From Trichodelitschia bisporula (Eukaryota): 64,000 bases of DNA. The stretch covers positions 1,303,803 to 1,367,802 of the forward strand of contig ML996687.1 in NCBI GenBank assembly GCA_010356995.1, written 5' to 3'. Position numbers and translations under genes: made by a program. The number at the start of each line of letters is the position of its first letter. Within the stretch, counting starts at the first letter, position 1. The notes beneath the pieces were generated by a model. That model was not told the DNA's origin. It ran no database searches and was given only the letters and a program-made list of their open reading frames with translations. Of the stretch, positions 11,842-25,165 are shown piece by piece.

Positions 11842-13538
11842 CCAGTGACCCTGCGGCCAACTGGTAACCCCCGCGGAACAGCCAGCTGTTAACCTGCTGG
11901 GTAGCCCGCTGCTGTGCAGTAGCGGTTATCCGACGGGGCAACGGACACCAACGTGAGTCACGGCCTCAGAGCTACCACTATTGTGCAATAGCGGTATATC
12001 CTATAAGGCATAGCTGAGGCACTGCTGCTGTGCAATAGCAATCCCTCAAAGCTATGGGGCTATTGTTGTGGAGGAGATGGAGGAGGAGGCAGAGTTTGGG
12101 GTATTTATACTGCCTTTGCGCGCGCGCAGTGTGCAAGCCCTGGCCGAGCAATTCGCATTTCATGTTGCAAAAATTTGTATGGAGAATGCTGCAAGTGGAC
12201 GGATTGTACACAAACACTAAGGACCAATCCACAGCATTTGGACGAGTTTGGCGCAGGCGCCGAAAGGCCGCGCACCACCGCAAATGTCACTAAAGCCCGG
12301 TACGAGCAGACCCTGATTGTCCTGTCTACGTTCCATACCAGAGACCCTAATTGGAGGATCTTTTAACCGGGTAGACAACCTCGCCGTCGTTACTTCTTCA
12401 ATATTTCAGTATCATCGTTGTCGTGATTCAGCCTTGCGGTCGTTGGTGATGCTGGGTGCCAAGATCCGGGGACTTCAGTCACGAGCAGCTCATGCTTCCC
12501 TTGTCTCGTTAGGTCGATCAGCTCACTTGTGCCGGCGCCCGTTCTCACACCACGTTCATGCACCAAAACTGGAGCTGATAGGCTTAATTGGGGCCTCTCA
12601 CGAGTTAATAGTATTATAAGCAGACGTCGACATAGCCTTCAAAGGACGCGACATTCAAAAGCACTTAGCCATAGGCTACCTCCACAGCTGCGATCAAGCC
12701 TCAATTCATATGTCGTCAGCTTTGTGGCTCATCAACCATTACAAGCAATGATCTACCGTAGCAAGGGCCTAGGGCTAAGCGAAAAGTCGTGTCGCGCTTT
12801 CGTCGGGAGCCTCTGCAAAGGCCGGGAGGGAAGAGACATGACTTTTTCAGGTAGCCCTTGGGCCTTCGCACCTTGTCTACCGTACGTAGTACGACGTACG
12901 TCATCGTCATGCAGATAGCATTATTGCCGGAAAGCATCATCGGGATCAGAAAATGGGTGTTATTTCCAGTCAAGTTCAATCACCATAACAAAAGCGCTCT
13001 CGGTTACTGTCGGATTAGAGTTGCTTGAACCATGGTAAGCTAAATAAAGAAGTGGATATCTCCCCCGCAGTGGAGCTGAAGCTAAGGAACGGGAGAAGAA
13101 CGCATATCTTCGGCATCGTGGCTCAAGTCCCAGGTACCGCATGCTCATCGGAAGCACTCAAGCCAATGAGTATCGTGGGCCAGAAATCAAGCAATGACAA
13201 GACCGCGGCATGACGTGACATCGAAGTCTTAATTTGCTCCTAAAGCTGCCAAGGTCGCCCTGCGCCAGCCACCCCGCCATCTGGCGCCATTGTTAAGTCG
13301 AGACTCGAGTCGGTCCATTTCTGTGGCTTCCGGTCAGACACGCCTTCCCATTTACGTTATCTCCAACATCAGCCCCTCACTTCGGCTGCGCGCCTTTCCT
13401 ACGCCCAAAACAACGGCATAAAGGAGGTGTTGTGCTGGTTGTCTTTGTTCTGCGCATTCCTCAGTTGTTCTCCGACCTAGCTAGCTATCTCTAGCTCCCC
13501 ACTTAAATTCGGTGCACAGCTGCGCATCGATAATCGCA

Positions 13539-15553
13539 ATGGCTTCGCAAGCTATCCCCTCCAGTGGAGAGTTCGGTCCGGCGCATGAACAGCAGCAGCA
13601 ACAGTCAAATGGCCAGCAGGACACTTCAAAGCAGTCGCCAGATGGCGTCCCCAAGGCTCCGCATATCTCCTCGGAACATGCGGATGGCGCGCCTGGGGCC
13701 CATCACGATGCGCATGACGAAGAGCACCACAAGAAAGAGCACGATGACAAAAGTGAGGGGAAGAGCGAGCACAAGGACGAGGATGAACACAAGCAACCCG
13801 ATGGCGGCTACGATAGCACACCTCTCCCTTCCGCGCCGGCCGGCTACACCGTCAAAATCACCTTTAACCGCGCCTCGAATCTCCCTATGGCGGACATAAA
13901 CTCCTTCTCCTCCGACCCCTACATCATCGCGCAGATGTACCACGGCCTGCCGACACGGCACAAGGAAGATCCGCCGCTGCAGTTCCGCACGCCGACTGTG
14001 CGGCGCAATACCGATCCCGTGTGGGATTGCGACTGGATCGTAGCGCACGTCCCCGTATCTGGTTTCCGCCTCAAGTGCCGCATCTACGATGAGGATCCGG
14101 CGGATCACGACGATCGTCTGGGTAATGCGCATGTCATTGTTGGTGGCCTGGATAGTGAGGGTGCGGGGTTCCACGAGCAGAACTTCAAGATTAAGAAGCG
14201 CATGGGCAGTAAGCGCGCCTACATGATCCGTGGCGTTGCAGCTCTCATGCACACTGCGAAACATATGGATGGGCATTTGTTTGTCAGTGTTGAGGTTTTG
14301 GGTCCCAGCGAAGGGCCCGGCGGTCGTGTATACACTATCGGACCCATATGGTGGACGAAGCACCATAGTCCGCTGCTTGGGCGTCTTGCGAACCGTAAGA
14401 CCGAGGACGGCGAGGAGGAGGGTAAGGATAAGACCGAGAGGTTCAAGTACGTTCCCTCAATGCCGTTGGGCATTACACAAACTTTTTCTCTGCCGATATC
14501 TCGGGCTTGCCCCCGGGGTCACAGCTGACTTACCCTCGCAGCTTCCAAGCAGTCCAACTCCAGCTCCCCGGTCCGGTACCGGAAGAGATGTACCACCGTT
14601 TTGTGGAGTTTCGCCCGTTCGTCAAGCGCATGTTCACGGCATCAGGTTTGTCGGGCTTCTTCCTGTCCAAGGCGCTGCATCACCAACACGCGCGCGTCTA
14701 CAACTTTGATCGCACGACTGAGTACGGCATATTCCCGTCGCTGACACCTGCTCCCGAGACGACGACGCTCAAGTTTCTCGAGCTGGTCAACTTCGACAAA
14801 GGCGGGCGCGTCTTCACGTACGTGCTTACGCTCGACGCGCTCTTCCGCTTCACGGAGACGGGCAAGGAGTTCGGCATCGATATGTTGAGCAAGCACACCA
14901 TGCACTCTGACGTCGCTGCCTACATTGCGTTTTCGGGCGAGTTCTTCGTACGACGCTGGCCGAAAAAGGCCTCCCCCTCGTCGGAAGGATCTCCAACGAT
15001 GGAGCAGTCTCAGGCGAGCTCCTCCCACCACGAGGACACGGACGAGGACGACGCGGCACGCGACCCGTCACTGTACCAGCTAGTCATTGACAATGACAGC
15101 GGCACATACCGGCCCAACGCGGACCTGCTCCCGCAGCTGAAGAGCTTCATGCAGTACTGCTTCCCGGGGCTGCACGTCATGACGCTAGACTGCCAGAAAG
15201 ACGCGGAGAAGCAGCAGCGGATGAAGGCGCAGCAGCGCGAGCGCAAGGCGCGCACGGGCAATACGATGGTGTTCCGCCAGATGTCGGATGTGGACAGCAG
15301 TTCCATTTCTAGCTCTGATGAGAGTGAGCTGGATGAGATGATTCAGGCGCAGTTGCGGGATCAGGAAAGGCAGGCGCATGTTGATCCGGGCTTTATGAGG
15401 ACGATGAAGCGTGATGCTGCGGCGGTGGGGGGTGCGAGGATGGGCCGTTGGAAAGAGATGGTTAAGGGGCGGGATGGGGAGGGGGCGGTTGAGGTGGGGA
15501 ATCCGACTGATGGGCAACCGAGGATTTTCAAGGGCGGAGTCGTGAAGCAGTGA
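13539..15553 (+). CDS. C2-domain protein (conserved fungal type)
   Basis: C2 motifs FNRASNLPMAD..SSDPY..FRTPTVRRNTDPVW..RIYDED..DDRLG. Intron 14447..14541 joins the two ORFs in frame (..RFN-FQAVQLQL). Confidence 0.9.
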
Positions 15554-16845
15554 AGGTGACTGTTTAGGGATGGGTAACGGCCTGGATTTCTCTCTTCGCT
15601 TCTCTGATGGTTTTGGGAACTGTGGGGTTGATGATGGCCATGAGAGCGTGATGATGCGGTTTGATACCCAAGACTTTGGTCTTCTTAATGTGGCGACACA
15701 GTCTGTGTTGATGCGGATACTCTTTCTACTCCTCTCTATCTTTGCTTAGCTCAGGACTCAATTGCGAGATGTTTCAAGCGGCCTTCATTGAAAATCGTGA
15801 AGTCGTGGGAATAGAGAAGGAGAGGTGGCTGTGCGAACTGGATGTGTGGCTGGTTGTGGGTGCCTTGACGCCTTTATGACCGATGATGGCCGTCACTGTG
15901 GTTCTTTCCTTCCGCGACGGCAACCTCACCTCCTCTCATCACTCATCGTCTCTTCTCTTTTCCTCCAACTCTCCTTCTCTTCTCAATTGCTTTTCTCTCG
16001 CATCACCTCTTCCAGCCACTCGGCGGCTATATTTGGCATCGTCGAACGCCTCACTGTGGCAACCGCAAAGTCTCGCCAACCACGCCCAGCGGCCGCGTCA
16101 GCCCGGATTGGGCGAATGGGATGCGGGATATGAGGCCGAGAGACGTTGTTGGACTATTGGGCACTTATTTGGATTAAGAGGAAGAGAAGAGACCTCACGA
16201 CTCGTTCCTTGTAGCTGGCTAGCTTTGCCTTAACTCAGTTCTTCCCCAGCACTCGGGCGCAAATGCACTTACACTCTTCCTAGCACATCATACTACCATC
16301 TCCGGCGGCAACAGAGCTGCACGATGCCGCGCGAGAGCTCTCTAAGCGGGAATTGCCCCTCTCTCGAGTCTCCCCGCTGCGCCAGACGCCCAGCGGGATG
16401 CTGTGGCTGATCTGGCAGAGTAACTTTGGGCAGCAGACAATGCGCCTCCAGCGTCGTGATTTGTCCAACCTTGCGGCCACTGGTGGTGGAAGCGCGCAGC
16501 CAAGGGAGAACCCCAGTCACCATCCAAGGATCAAGAGCGGCGCTTAACCAGGCCTGACCTCATCAAACACCACCTCTCCCACCCCCCTCGCAACGACCTA
16601 TCTCGCTCTACGCGGGCCCCAAAACCCCACAGCGACCCAAACCGCGACCGCTTCTCAAACTTCTGATCCTTCACTTCTGATTATCTTTCTGGTTGCCTCC
16701 CTTTCCCCCTTGTTTTCGCTCTGTGACAACGAAACCCGCTTTGCGCATTTACCCCTCACCTGTGTGCTCTGCCCCTCATTAGGCCCTCACTCACGGCAAC
16801 GAGAGCTTGCGCAAACCCCGACGTGCGACCGGTCTTTGCTGCAGC

Positions 16846-19800
16846 ATGGAGGGCAACAGAGGCATAGGGGGCCTTCACGGCCGCCCGGATGAGGAAATGT
16901 TCTTGAACCGACCGGCTGCCGTCGAACCCGACACCCCCACCGTCGGTCCCCTCCGCATTAATAAGGTTACCAGCCCGACTTCCCCCCTCCAGCAGCCCAC
17001 GGCCTCAACTTCAGGCCCCACCGTGCCCACGCAGCAGCTTCCGGCCCGGACGTATACTCCGCCCACCATCAAGCCTTCGTCCACCATGCCCCCTTACCCC
17101 GTGGACAACGGCCCGACCCACGCCGCTGCCCGCCCCACATACACGCCGCCTATATCCGGTGGGGACAGGACGAAGTCGTCGACTCCCGAGTCGGGGCGCC
17201 GTCCGATGGGAGGTTCGCCCCGCACCCGCTTCGATGCGAGCGACCCCAACCGGCCGAGCGTTGCGGGGTATGCGCAACCGTCCCGTTCTGACGGTCGCAC
17301 TGCCTCGCCCGCAGGTGCACCGGACCCGCGTTACAAGCAGTCGGGTCAAGTGGAGGAGGGGCTTTTTCAAAAGCCGCCTGAAGGAAGAGCGAACACGATG
17401 CCTCAAAAGAAGGACGAGCCAGCGGTGAACCCATTCCCAGAATACCACCAGCAGTACTGGCCGCCGCCAAGCGGGGCCGCGACTTCCTCAACCCCGCCCA
17501 ACAGCAATGGCCCCAGCAACTTAAATATCCAAAAGCCCGCTGGCACTGGACTCAACCGGTTTGACTCCACCGCCTCGGTAGCTACCACGCGTGCGCAACG
17601 AGGCTCTCCGCCGCCGCCTGAGACTCCCATCGTTGGCCCACCGCTTCCCGGCAGTGGCATTGAAGCGCGCTTCGCTGCGACCGGTCTTGCTGCCCCGACG
17701 GGCACTGGCGCTCCGAGCGCTGCCGCTTCGCAACGCATGGCGCAGTACGGTGCACCGCCCACGCGTCCGGTCTACACACCGCCAGCTCAGCAAGGTACTC
17801 TCGCTCCGGCATCGAAGCCGCCTGCCCGCCCCTGGACACCGACGGAACAGCCGGGATCGCAACCCCACGGTCCGCCGATGGTGTACCAAGGCGTAACGGA
17901 GGTGAACGAGCCCGCTGCCGTCCCCACCACCGGTCCTCCCAACGTTCCCAGTGCAGTGCCTTCTGCCGCTCCTGCGCCGGCTCCCATCCCCGGCGCTCAG
18001 CGCCCCGAACATCCTCTTGAGCATGACTTCCATCGTTTGGGCGTCAGCGATGAGCCGCCGCCGGCATATTCGACTGTGCAGCCGCATCCTCCCGGCCAGG
18101 GCTACCCGCAGGAGAAGCAGCGCCCGGCACCCCTCCAGCCTGCATCACTGACATCTCCTGGCGGTTCGCAGCCAGCTGCGCCGGCCGCCGGGTATGGAAC
18201 GCCGCAGGGGCACCCGGCGTTTGCAAACGATCCACGCTTGCAGCAGCCCGGCGGCGGGTCTCCGGCCCAGTCCCTCGCGGGGTCAACATTGCCACTCTCG
18301 GGTCCTTCCCAGATGGGCGCTGGCCCCTCGAGTCCGCCGCCGCTGCCAGAGGGCTGGATTGCGCACCTCGATCCCAATAGCGGGCACTACTATTACATTC
18401 ATCTGGCGACGCAGTCTACGCAGTGGGAATTCCCCAAGGGTCCTACCCCGCTGAACCTCAACGAGCCGATGTCGCCGACTGGCACCTTTATCAACCCGCT
18501 CACTAGCCCCGCTGCGTCGTCCTTTAGCAAACCGCTCGCGAGCCCGGGTTTCGGACCTGTGCCGCAGAGCGCGACGATGCGCCCGGACGGCTTCATGAGC
18601 ATGTCGAGCATGTCCTCGCCCACGGCCGCTGGGTTCACCGGCCCGCCACCCAGCGCCGGCGTAGATGTGTACAAGGTCGCGCCTACGAACGGCGTGTACT
18701 TTGGCCCGTACCTGCGCTATACGAATATGGACGTCGAGCGCGGGGTGTGGATGGGCAGTATTCTGCTCGTCACTGACGCGGGACAGCCGCCGACGATCCA
18801 CATCCACCAAAGCACGGATCTGAGCCCGAATCCGCGGCAGCTCAAGCCGAATCCTATCTACTCGCATCAGCGATGGATGTTCTTCCGCTACGATGTGGAT
18901 CTTAAGATGGAGGAGCAAGGCGCTAAGTGGACGTATGCTATTACGTCGCATCTTGGGTGTACGCGGTATGAGTTCCTCGTGGCGGGGCGGTATGATACGA
19001 GCTGGCGCTTTATCGCGCATTCTGGCAATGACTTTGGGCTTAACGTGTCAACGGCTGAGCGCACGAAGCTGGGTGGCGTGGGGTACATGTGGAAGGACGT
19101 GTTGACGCGGCACATTGAGTGCAACGGGTTCCATGCGCAACTGGGCCTGGGCGATCAAGTGTTTGCGGACCGGATGTGGAAGGAGCTGCCGCTGCTGAAG
19201 CAGTGGACGGCGATGTCAGGCAAAGACAACCGGCGCAACGCACCGTGGACGCCGCGGCACGAGGAGGACGTGACACACGCCTACTTCCACTACTACACAT
19301 CGCACTTCGACCAGCCGCATCTGCGGGAGGCCTTTGCGCAGATCCCGCACATCCTCACGCTGGACGACCATGACATCTTCGACGGCTTCGGGTCGTACCC
19401 GGAGTACATGCAGTTCAGCAATATGTTCAAGAACATCGGACGCATCGGGATTGAGATGTACTTGCTGTTTCAGCACCACACGACGCTGGATATCCTGCGC
19501 AATGTGCAGGATGACACGGATTTGTTCACCATTACGGGCACCGGGTGGCACTTTATTAAGTACCTCGGCCCGGCGGTTGTGGTCGTCGGGCCCGATACGC
19601 GCTCCGAGCGCAACCCGCACCAGGTCATGGCAGGTCCGACGTACCAAGGCCTGTTCCCGAAGATCGCGATGTTGCCGCCCAGCGTGCAGCACTGCATTTG
19701 GATGCTCCCCGTGCCGGTCGTGTATCCGCGCATGGAGTCGATGGAGACCCTCGCGAGCACAGTGGCGACGGGCAAGAAGGCCATGAACACGACGTTCAAT

Positions 19801-20607
19801 GTGCTAGGCCGGGTGACGAGTAGCGTAGCTGGGGTTGTGGGCGCGAAGGGCGTGGTAGGGGAGGGATTTAACAGCGTCAAGAAGGCGGTGGGGAAGAGCG
19901 GGCTTATGAGCGGGATTCTGAGTCCGTTTGGCGATATCGATATGCTGGACGAGCTGCGCGATCAGTGGACGCACGAGTCCAAGGTAGGCCACCCCTTCCT
20001 TCTTCCCCGGCGATGCTAATAAGCCCAGGACCTCGAGCGCACATACCTCATCCGCACCCTGCAGGGCATAGCCCACAACAAATCCCTGCGCATGACCTTC
20101 CTATCCGGCGACGTCGGGGCCTGCGGCGCCGGCCTCGTGCACGACCCCGCGCACCCGCAGGACCATAAAACAATGTATCAGATCGTCACCTCGCCCATTG
20201 TCAACGGGCCGACGGGGAACTACGTCATGCGCCTGCTGCACAGCAACAAGCCCCTTTACGTCCCGGCAAACGGACACCGGTCGCTGCACACGCCCTCTGA
20301 TACGAAGGAAGATATGATGGAGATCTTTTCCGCGGATGTGAACGGGCAGCCGCGTGAGTTGCGCCGCTTGATGCCGCGGAGGAACTACGTTGCGTGTGTC
20401 GCGTTTGATCCGGATGTTGTGGGGGGGAGTTTTGCGGCGCAGAGTCCGGCGCCGAGTCTTGATGGGCAGCCTGGGGGACCGGGGGGGAAACTGAGTCTGG
20501 CGGTTGATTTTATGGTGCAGGGGGAGGCAGTGTTTGCGGGTGCTGGCGCGCCAGGGGCGGTTAAGTACGGCCCAGTTGTGATTCCGAATTTGGAGTACGG
20601 GAGGTAG
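16846..20607 (+). CDS. Pro-rich + WW domain + PhoD-like metallophosphatase-fold protein
   Basis: WW domain PPLPEGWIAHLDPNSGHYYYIHLATQSTQWEFP (~18337-18435). PhoD-like motifs GDQVFAD, DDHDIFDGFGS, DTRSER and TFLSGDV. Intron 19984..20028. Confidence 0.9.
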
Positions 20608-21032
20608 ATTTAGGTGATAGCCTAAGGGACCGGGGGGGGGGGGGGTTGGTGTAGAGTACCTGCTGTTTAGCTTTCTTGGGGAATGGATATTACGGCCGAT
20701 TGAGTGCTGTGTAGTGAGTCGTGAAGTGGGTGTGATATGTGTCGCGTGTAATATCGCGAGTCGTCAGCCTTTTCAGGCCACCCCAGAACGATTTTCCCAA
20801 CGAGGCTAGCCGCGCTGATATCCCGCGTGTCAGGGCCGGGGTGTCCTCCGCACCGCGACCACCGATGGGTAAGACGGAAGGGGACAACCCGTGTGGGAGG
20901 TGGAGTGGGGTAACGTGGATCGTGTGAGGGGGATAATTGCGGGGAGGGCTGCGGAGGTGTACCTAACCCACACCCACTCACGAGCGACATCTCTAGCATC
21001 ATATCAATATACAGACCTCAATAGAAGGAGCG

Positions 21033-22201
21033 ATGAACCTACAGCCTCCCCTGCCTCCAGACACGCACATCCTCCTCACCGGCGCAACGGGCTTCGTAGG
21101 CACGCACATCACACGCGCCCTCCTACGGGACTTCCCAAACATCAAGCTCACGTTGCTTGACCTCGAACGACCCGAAGGGTGGACACCAGCTGGGGCAGAC
21201 ATCAGCTTGTTAACCGCGGATATCACTTCCCCCGAGGCGGTATCCGCAGCCTTCCACGCGGCAGCGCCCATCACGGCGGTTATTCATACGGCGGGCTTCG
21301 TCCCCGTACGCTCCGCCCGGTACACCCAATCCGCACAGTCCCAGGCCTGGAGCGTCAACGTCGAGGGGACGGCGAATGTGCTTACCGCAGCGAGGGAGTG
21401 TAGGGTCAGGGCGGTGGTGGCGACGAGTAGTTGCACCGTGGTCACGGATGCCGTGGGACGGGATTGGTTTAATTACGCCGAGGATGTAAATGTGGAAGGG
21501 CCCAGGTTGGTGTACGGGGAGACGAAGGTTCGCTCATCCCCCCCCCCTCGCTCGGCTAGATACTAAAGCCCCAGGCCGCGGCGGAAGAGCTCTTGTTGGC
21601 TGCGAACACCCCGGACTTCGCCACATGTGCTCTGCGGCCGAGCACCCTCTGCGGGGAGGGTGATTATAACCTCATCCCCACGATCCTCTCCTGCATCCCC
21701 CGCGAAACGCCCTTCACCCTCGGGTCCGGGCTTAATCTGTACGACTTCACCTACGCGGGCAACGTCGCGGACGCCCACGTGCTGGCTTTACACAACCTAC
21801 TCACCACCCGAACGGCCGCCGGTCTCGCTATTGCGATTACGAATGGTGAGCCGGTGCCGTTCCGCGCGTTTTGTCTCGCTGTGTGGAGGGAGGTGGGGCA
21901 TTATCCGCTTTTCGAGGTTATGGTGCCGAGGGCGGTGGGCTGGTTCGCTGGGTGCGTTGCGGAGGGGGTGGGCTGGTTGGCTGGGAAAGAAGGGGCGGTG
22001 TCGAGGGGGAGTGTGGGGGATGCGGTGCAGGTTGCGTATGCGGATATTGGGCGGGCGAGGAGGGTATTGGGTTATGAGCCGAGGGTGGGGTTGGAGGAGG
22101 GGATTAGGAGGGGGGTTAGGGATTGGATGGAGAGGGGGGGGGGGGTGGAGAGGAGGAATGGAAAGGGGAGAGGTGGGAAGGAGGGAGCTGAAAGGACTTG
22201 A
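21033..22201 (+). CDS. 3-beta-HSD/C-3 sterol dehydrogenase-like extended SDR (ERG26-like)
   Basis: LLTGATGFVG, VIHTAG, VNVEGT, TSS and YGETK motifs. Intron 21528..21574, then LRPS..GEGD, DFTYAGNVADAH and ITNGEP. Confidence 0.88.
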
Positions 22202-22516
22202 GTCCTAAGCTGGGTTTGAGATGTAGGATAGGATAGAGGGGACTCAGTACGATATATTGGCACCTTAGGATACCTCCAACCTCACCAGTCAGCCACTCCA
22301 GTTCCTGACCTCCCTCCACCGGTAATTGCGGAGTGCGCTGGGGGAATATATACCAAGAAACTGCATTAGGCCTTTTAAATGCGCGCGGAATCTATCCCCG
22401 CAACGCCTATCCATCCTAACCCAAGGACACGCCTGCCAGTCGCTAAACGTGATGGTTGTTACCGTTGGTGTTGAGTCTTGTAGAGTTGACCTTCCGCCCA
22501 AAGAGATATCACCACC

Positions 22517-23136
22517 TCACAAATCCCCCGCTGTGGCCGCCCTCGCACGCAAAACCCTCATCCCAGCCTCCCTTCTCTGATCCCTAATCGTCAAAAAAAC
22601 CTGCCACTTATTAGCCCCATCCCCAAATTCCCCATCCCACGACTCACCCAAAACCACATCATAATCTCCAAAAACCCCCACGAAAACACAAGGCCATTCT
22701 TCAACCCATCACCCACGCGTGCTCCCTTGCCACTCTTCAACGTCGCATCCGCACCGGTGATGTACGTGTACCCCGTGAGGGCAAAGAAGAAGATGAGCCG
22801 GATGGGCGTCTGCGCGCTCCAGTACTGCACCGCCGCGGGCTCGTCCATGGACACAGCGACGAGGTCTGTGAGGCCGAGGAGGACGAAGACGGCGGCGGCT
22901 AGGGCGGTTGCGGGGGTGGGGCGGTCGAAGGAGGTAGCTTCGGGCTAGCCTCAGGTTAGTAGTGGGATTGGGGGGGTGGGGAGGGGGGGGGGGGGTACGG
23001 GGCGCATTGATTCCCCGAGCAGGAAGACGAGGTTTTGGTCTGCGAGCATGCGCGGCGCGGTGAGGAGGTAGAAGGCGAGGGTGATGTGGAAGAGGGCGAG
23101 GGTGCGGATGAGGGTGAAGGCGGATATGAGGGCCAT
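22517..23136 (-). CDS. ILM1: Ilm1-family membrane protein (3 exons)
   Basis: MALISAFTLIR..FHITLAFY..P..LADQNLVFLLGESM; LGLTDL..YWSAQTPIRL; LKNGLVFSWGFLE.MMWFW|VFLTIRDQRRE; stop at 22517-22519. Confidence 0.88.
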
Positions 23137-24501
23137 GATGAAGATGGAGTGGGTGAAGGCGGACTTGGGAAGAATGGGGACGGGTAAGTGTATTGTTTTG
23201 GCGTGAGGATGTTGAGGTTCGTGAACTTGACCCCTGTCCCGCTGACCCCCTGCGCGGAGTGACGTCCTTCGCTTGGCGGCGATGTCAAGTGCGACTTCAT
23301 CCGTAGACTTCACTTGCGCTTTGGATCAATGGCTCTTCTTCGAGCAATATCTGTTCAGCTCTCGCATTGCTGCTACGTGTGCTCTGAGCATCTGTACTGG
23401 CTGCTTCGGGCGGAACTATGTCAGTTTAAACACGTCACGTCGCCACCGGCATTAAATGCGATCCATTCTATGCGTTCAGATTGAGTTGCATTCCATGTTC
23501 AGCCTCGACTAATACCCATATATATAGCGCTCACGCGCGACTTTGATGATGTCGCTCGGTCTTTGATAGCAGCGAACCCACCAGATTACTCACTGCCACT
23601 GTCTTCTCTCGCTTCAGGATATCGGCCGTGTCCTGGGCCAGGCGGCTGCTCCCGCGTTCATTTGAAAGCTGTCTGATCAGATGGTAACCTTGTCCTCAAG
23701 TTCTCTCTACCGCTTGAGGGTGCGCGCATCCTTGCGTGCCAGGGAGTCGTGCTCGTACGCATCGGGGTAGCTGCAATTCTCGATCTTGTCCTGGAGGTGG
23801 CGGATGTAGGCGTATAAACCCAGCGGGACGGCGACAAGAAAGTCACCGCGAAGAGGGTAGGAAGGATTTGGTGACCACCACGACGGCGGCGAAGAGGGGG
23901 AGGATGGCACCAGCCTGAAGGATGGACACCGTTGTGATGGTGATGGCGAGTTAAGATTCCGAATGGTGGTGATGATGGGGGCGTAGCCCAGGCGTCGACG
24001 CTCCCAAGTTCTTCACCCCGTTCACATTGAACCCAGGAACTGTGGCTGCAATCGCATTTATGGACATCATCTGCGGATCGCCAACAGTAGAGCCCTGACT
24101 AACGGTCGCCGCCGCTCAAGACTAGGTGGAATTCAGGTGTGGGGGCGAGGAGAGGATGAGGAGGAGGGCTAGGAGGGGGCACACTGTGCGGGGGAACCTC
24201 CGCCGTACCGCTTGTACACTTCCTCGTAGCCATATACACCATACATCTCCTGGTCATCATCCCGTTTTACCAAGGGTAGCTTTTGGGTGCTTCCACACGA
24301 CTTCCACACCTTCCGGTATGAAGATGATTTCGAGCTTCCACTCCTAGAACTAGTGGCTGTCAGTACACCTCCTACGTCATCATCCGTTAGGGTGGCCTAC
24401 CTCGGATGTCTCATTTTCGCCGTGCTCGCCGCGCTCGCCGTCCTCATCCGCCGCTTCACGAGCCGCGACGGCCGCTTCCTCAGCCACAAGCTTTTCTTCA
24501 G

Positions 24502-25165
24502 CGTTGTCCGAACGTCGACAACATCTTATACTGCATAGACAAAAAGCAGGACGAGGTTGACTGCGAAAAAAAGAAAGAACGTACTGGAGTTTCTCGGTCA
24601 GTCAGCTTCGCCTAGGTTAGAGGCGCACAAGATCTAACCTCCAGAGGCACCCACAGTCGTAACCGTCATCGGCGTCAACCCCACTTCCTCCTCGAAAACC
24701 AGCGACATCACCTCAGACGACGCACCCGTCCCTAAATCCAGGAGCGACATCTCCGCCGTTGGCGCTGGCATCGGCATCCCGCTCGTCATCCTCGCCGTCG
24801 CCGGCGCAGCTTACTTCTGCTGCTGGCGCCGGCCCAAGTCCAAGTCAACCGATTTCAGCACCTATACGGGTAGCACCACAGGCCCCACCCAAGTCGTTCC
24901 CACGGCCGCATCCATACCACTCAATTCGCTTAGGAGCGGCCACAGCTCGGGTCCAGCATCGCAGTGGGGGTTGGGAATGTCCCACAGCACCACCCAAGTC
25001 CCTACCACGGCCGCATCCGTGCCACGCAATTCGGTTCGGAGCGGCCACAGCTCGGGTCCGGCATCGCGGAGGTCGGGAATGTCCAACAGCCAGAGCGGGC
25101 GGGACATCGACCCGCGGGATTCACGGAGTCCAGCGCCGACGGAGCCAACGCCGTACAGTCCTTAG
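24502..25165 (+). pseudogene. 5'-truncated, frameshifted paralog of the Cys-rich TM gene at 26726
   Basis: RCPNVDNILYCID..VDCEK aligns to RCPHVDNTFYCLN..VNCER. A frameshift lies in the A-run at ~24566-24576. Intron 24597..24644 is at the same position as in the paralog. Exon 2 is open (TVVTVIG..VGAGIGIPLVILAVAGAAYFCCW) to TAG 25165. Confidence 0.8.

Noticed and set aside
23707..23935. Small membrane-protein-like fragments on the minus strand
   Set aside because: They require an ACG start and a frameshift, and there is no homolog within the window to support them.
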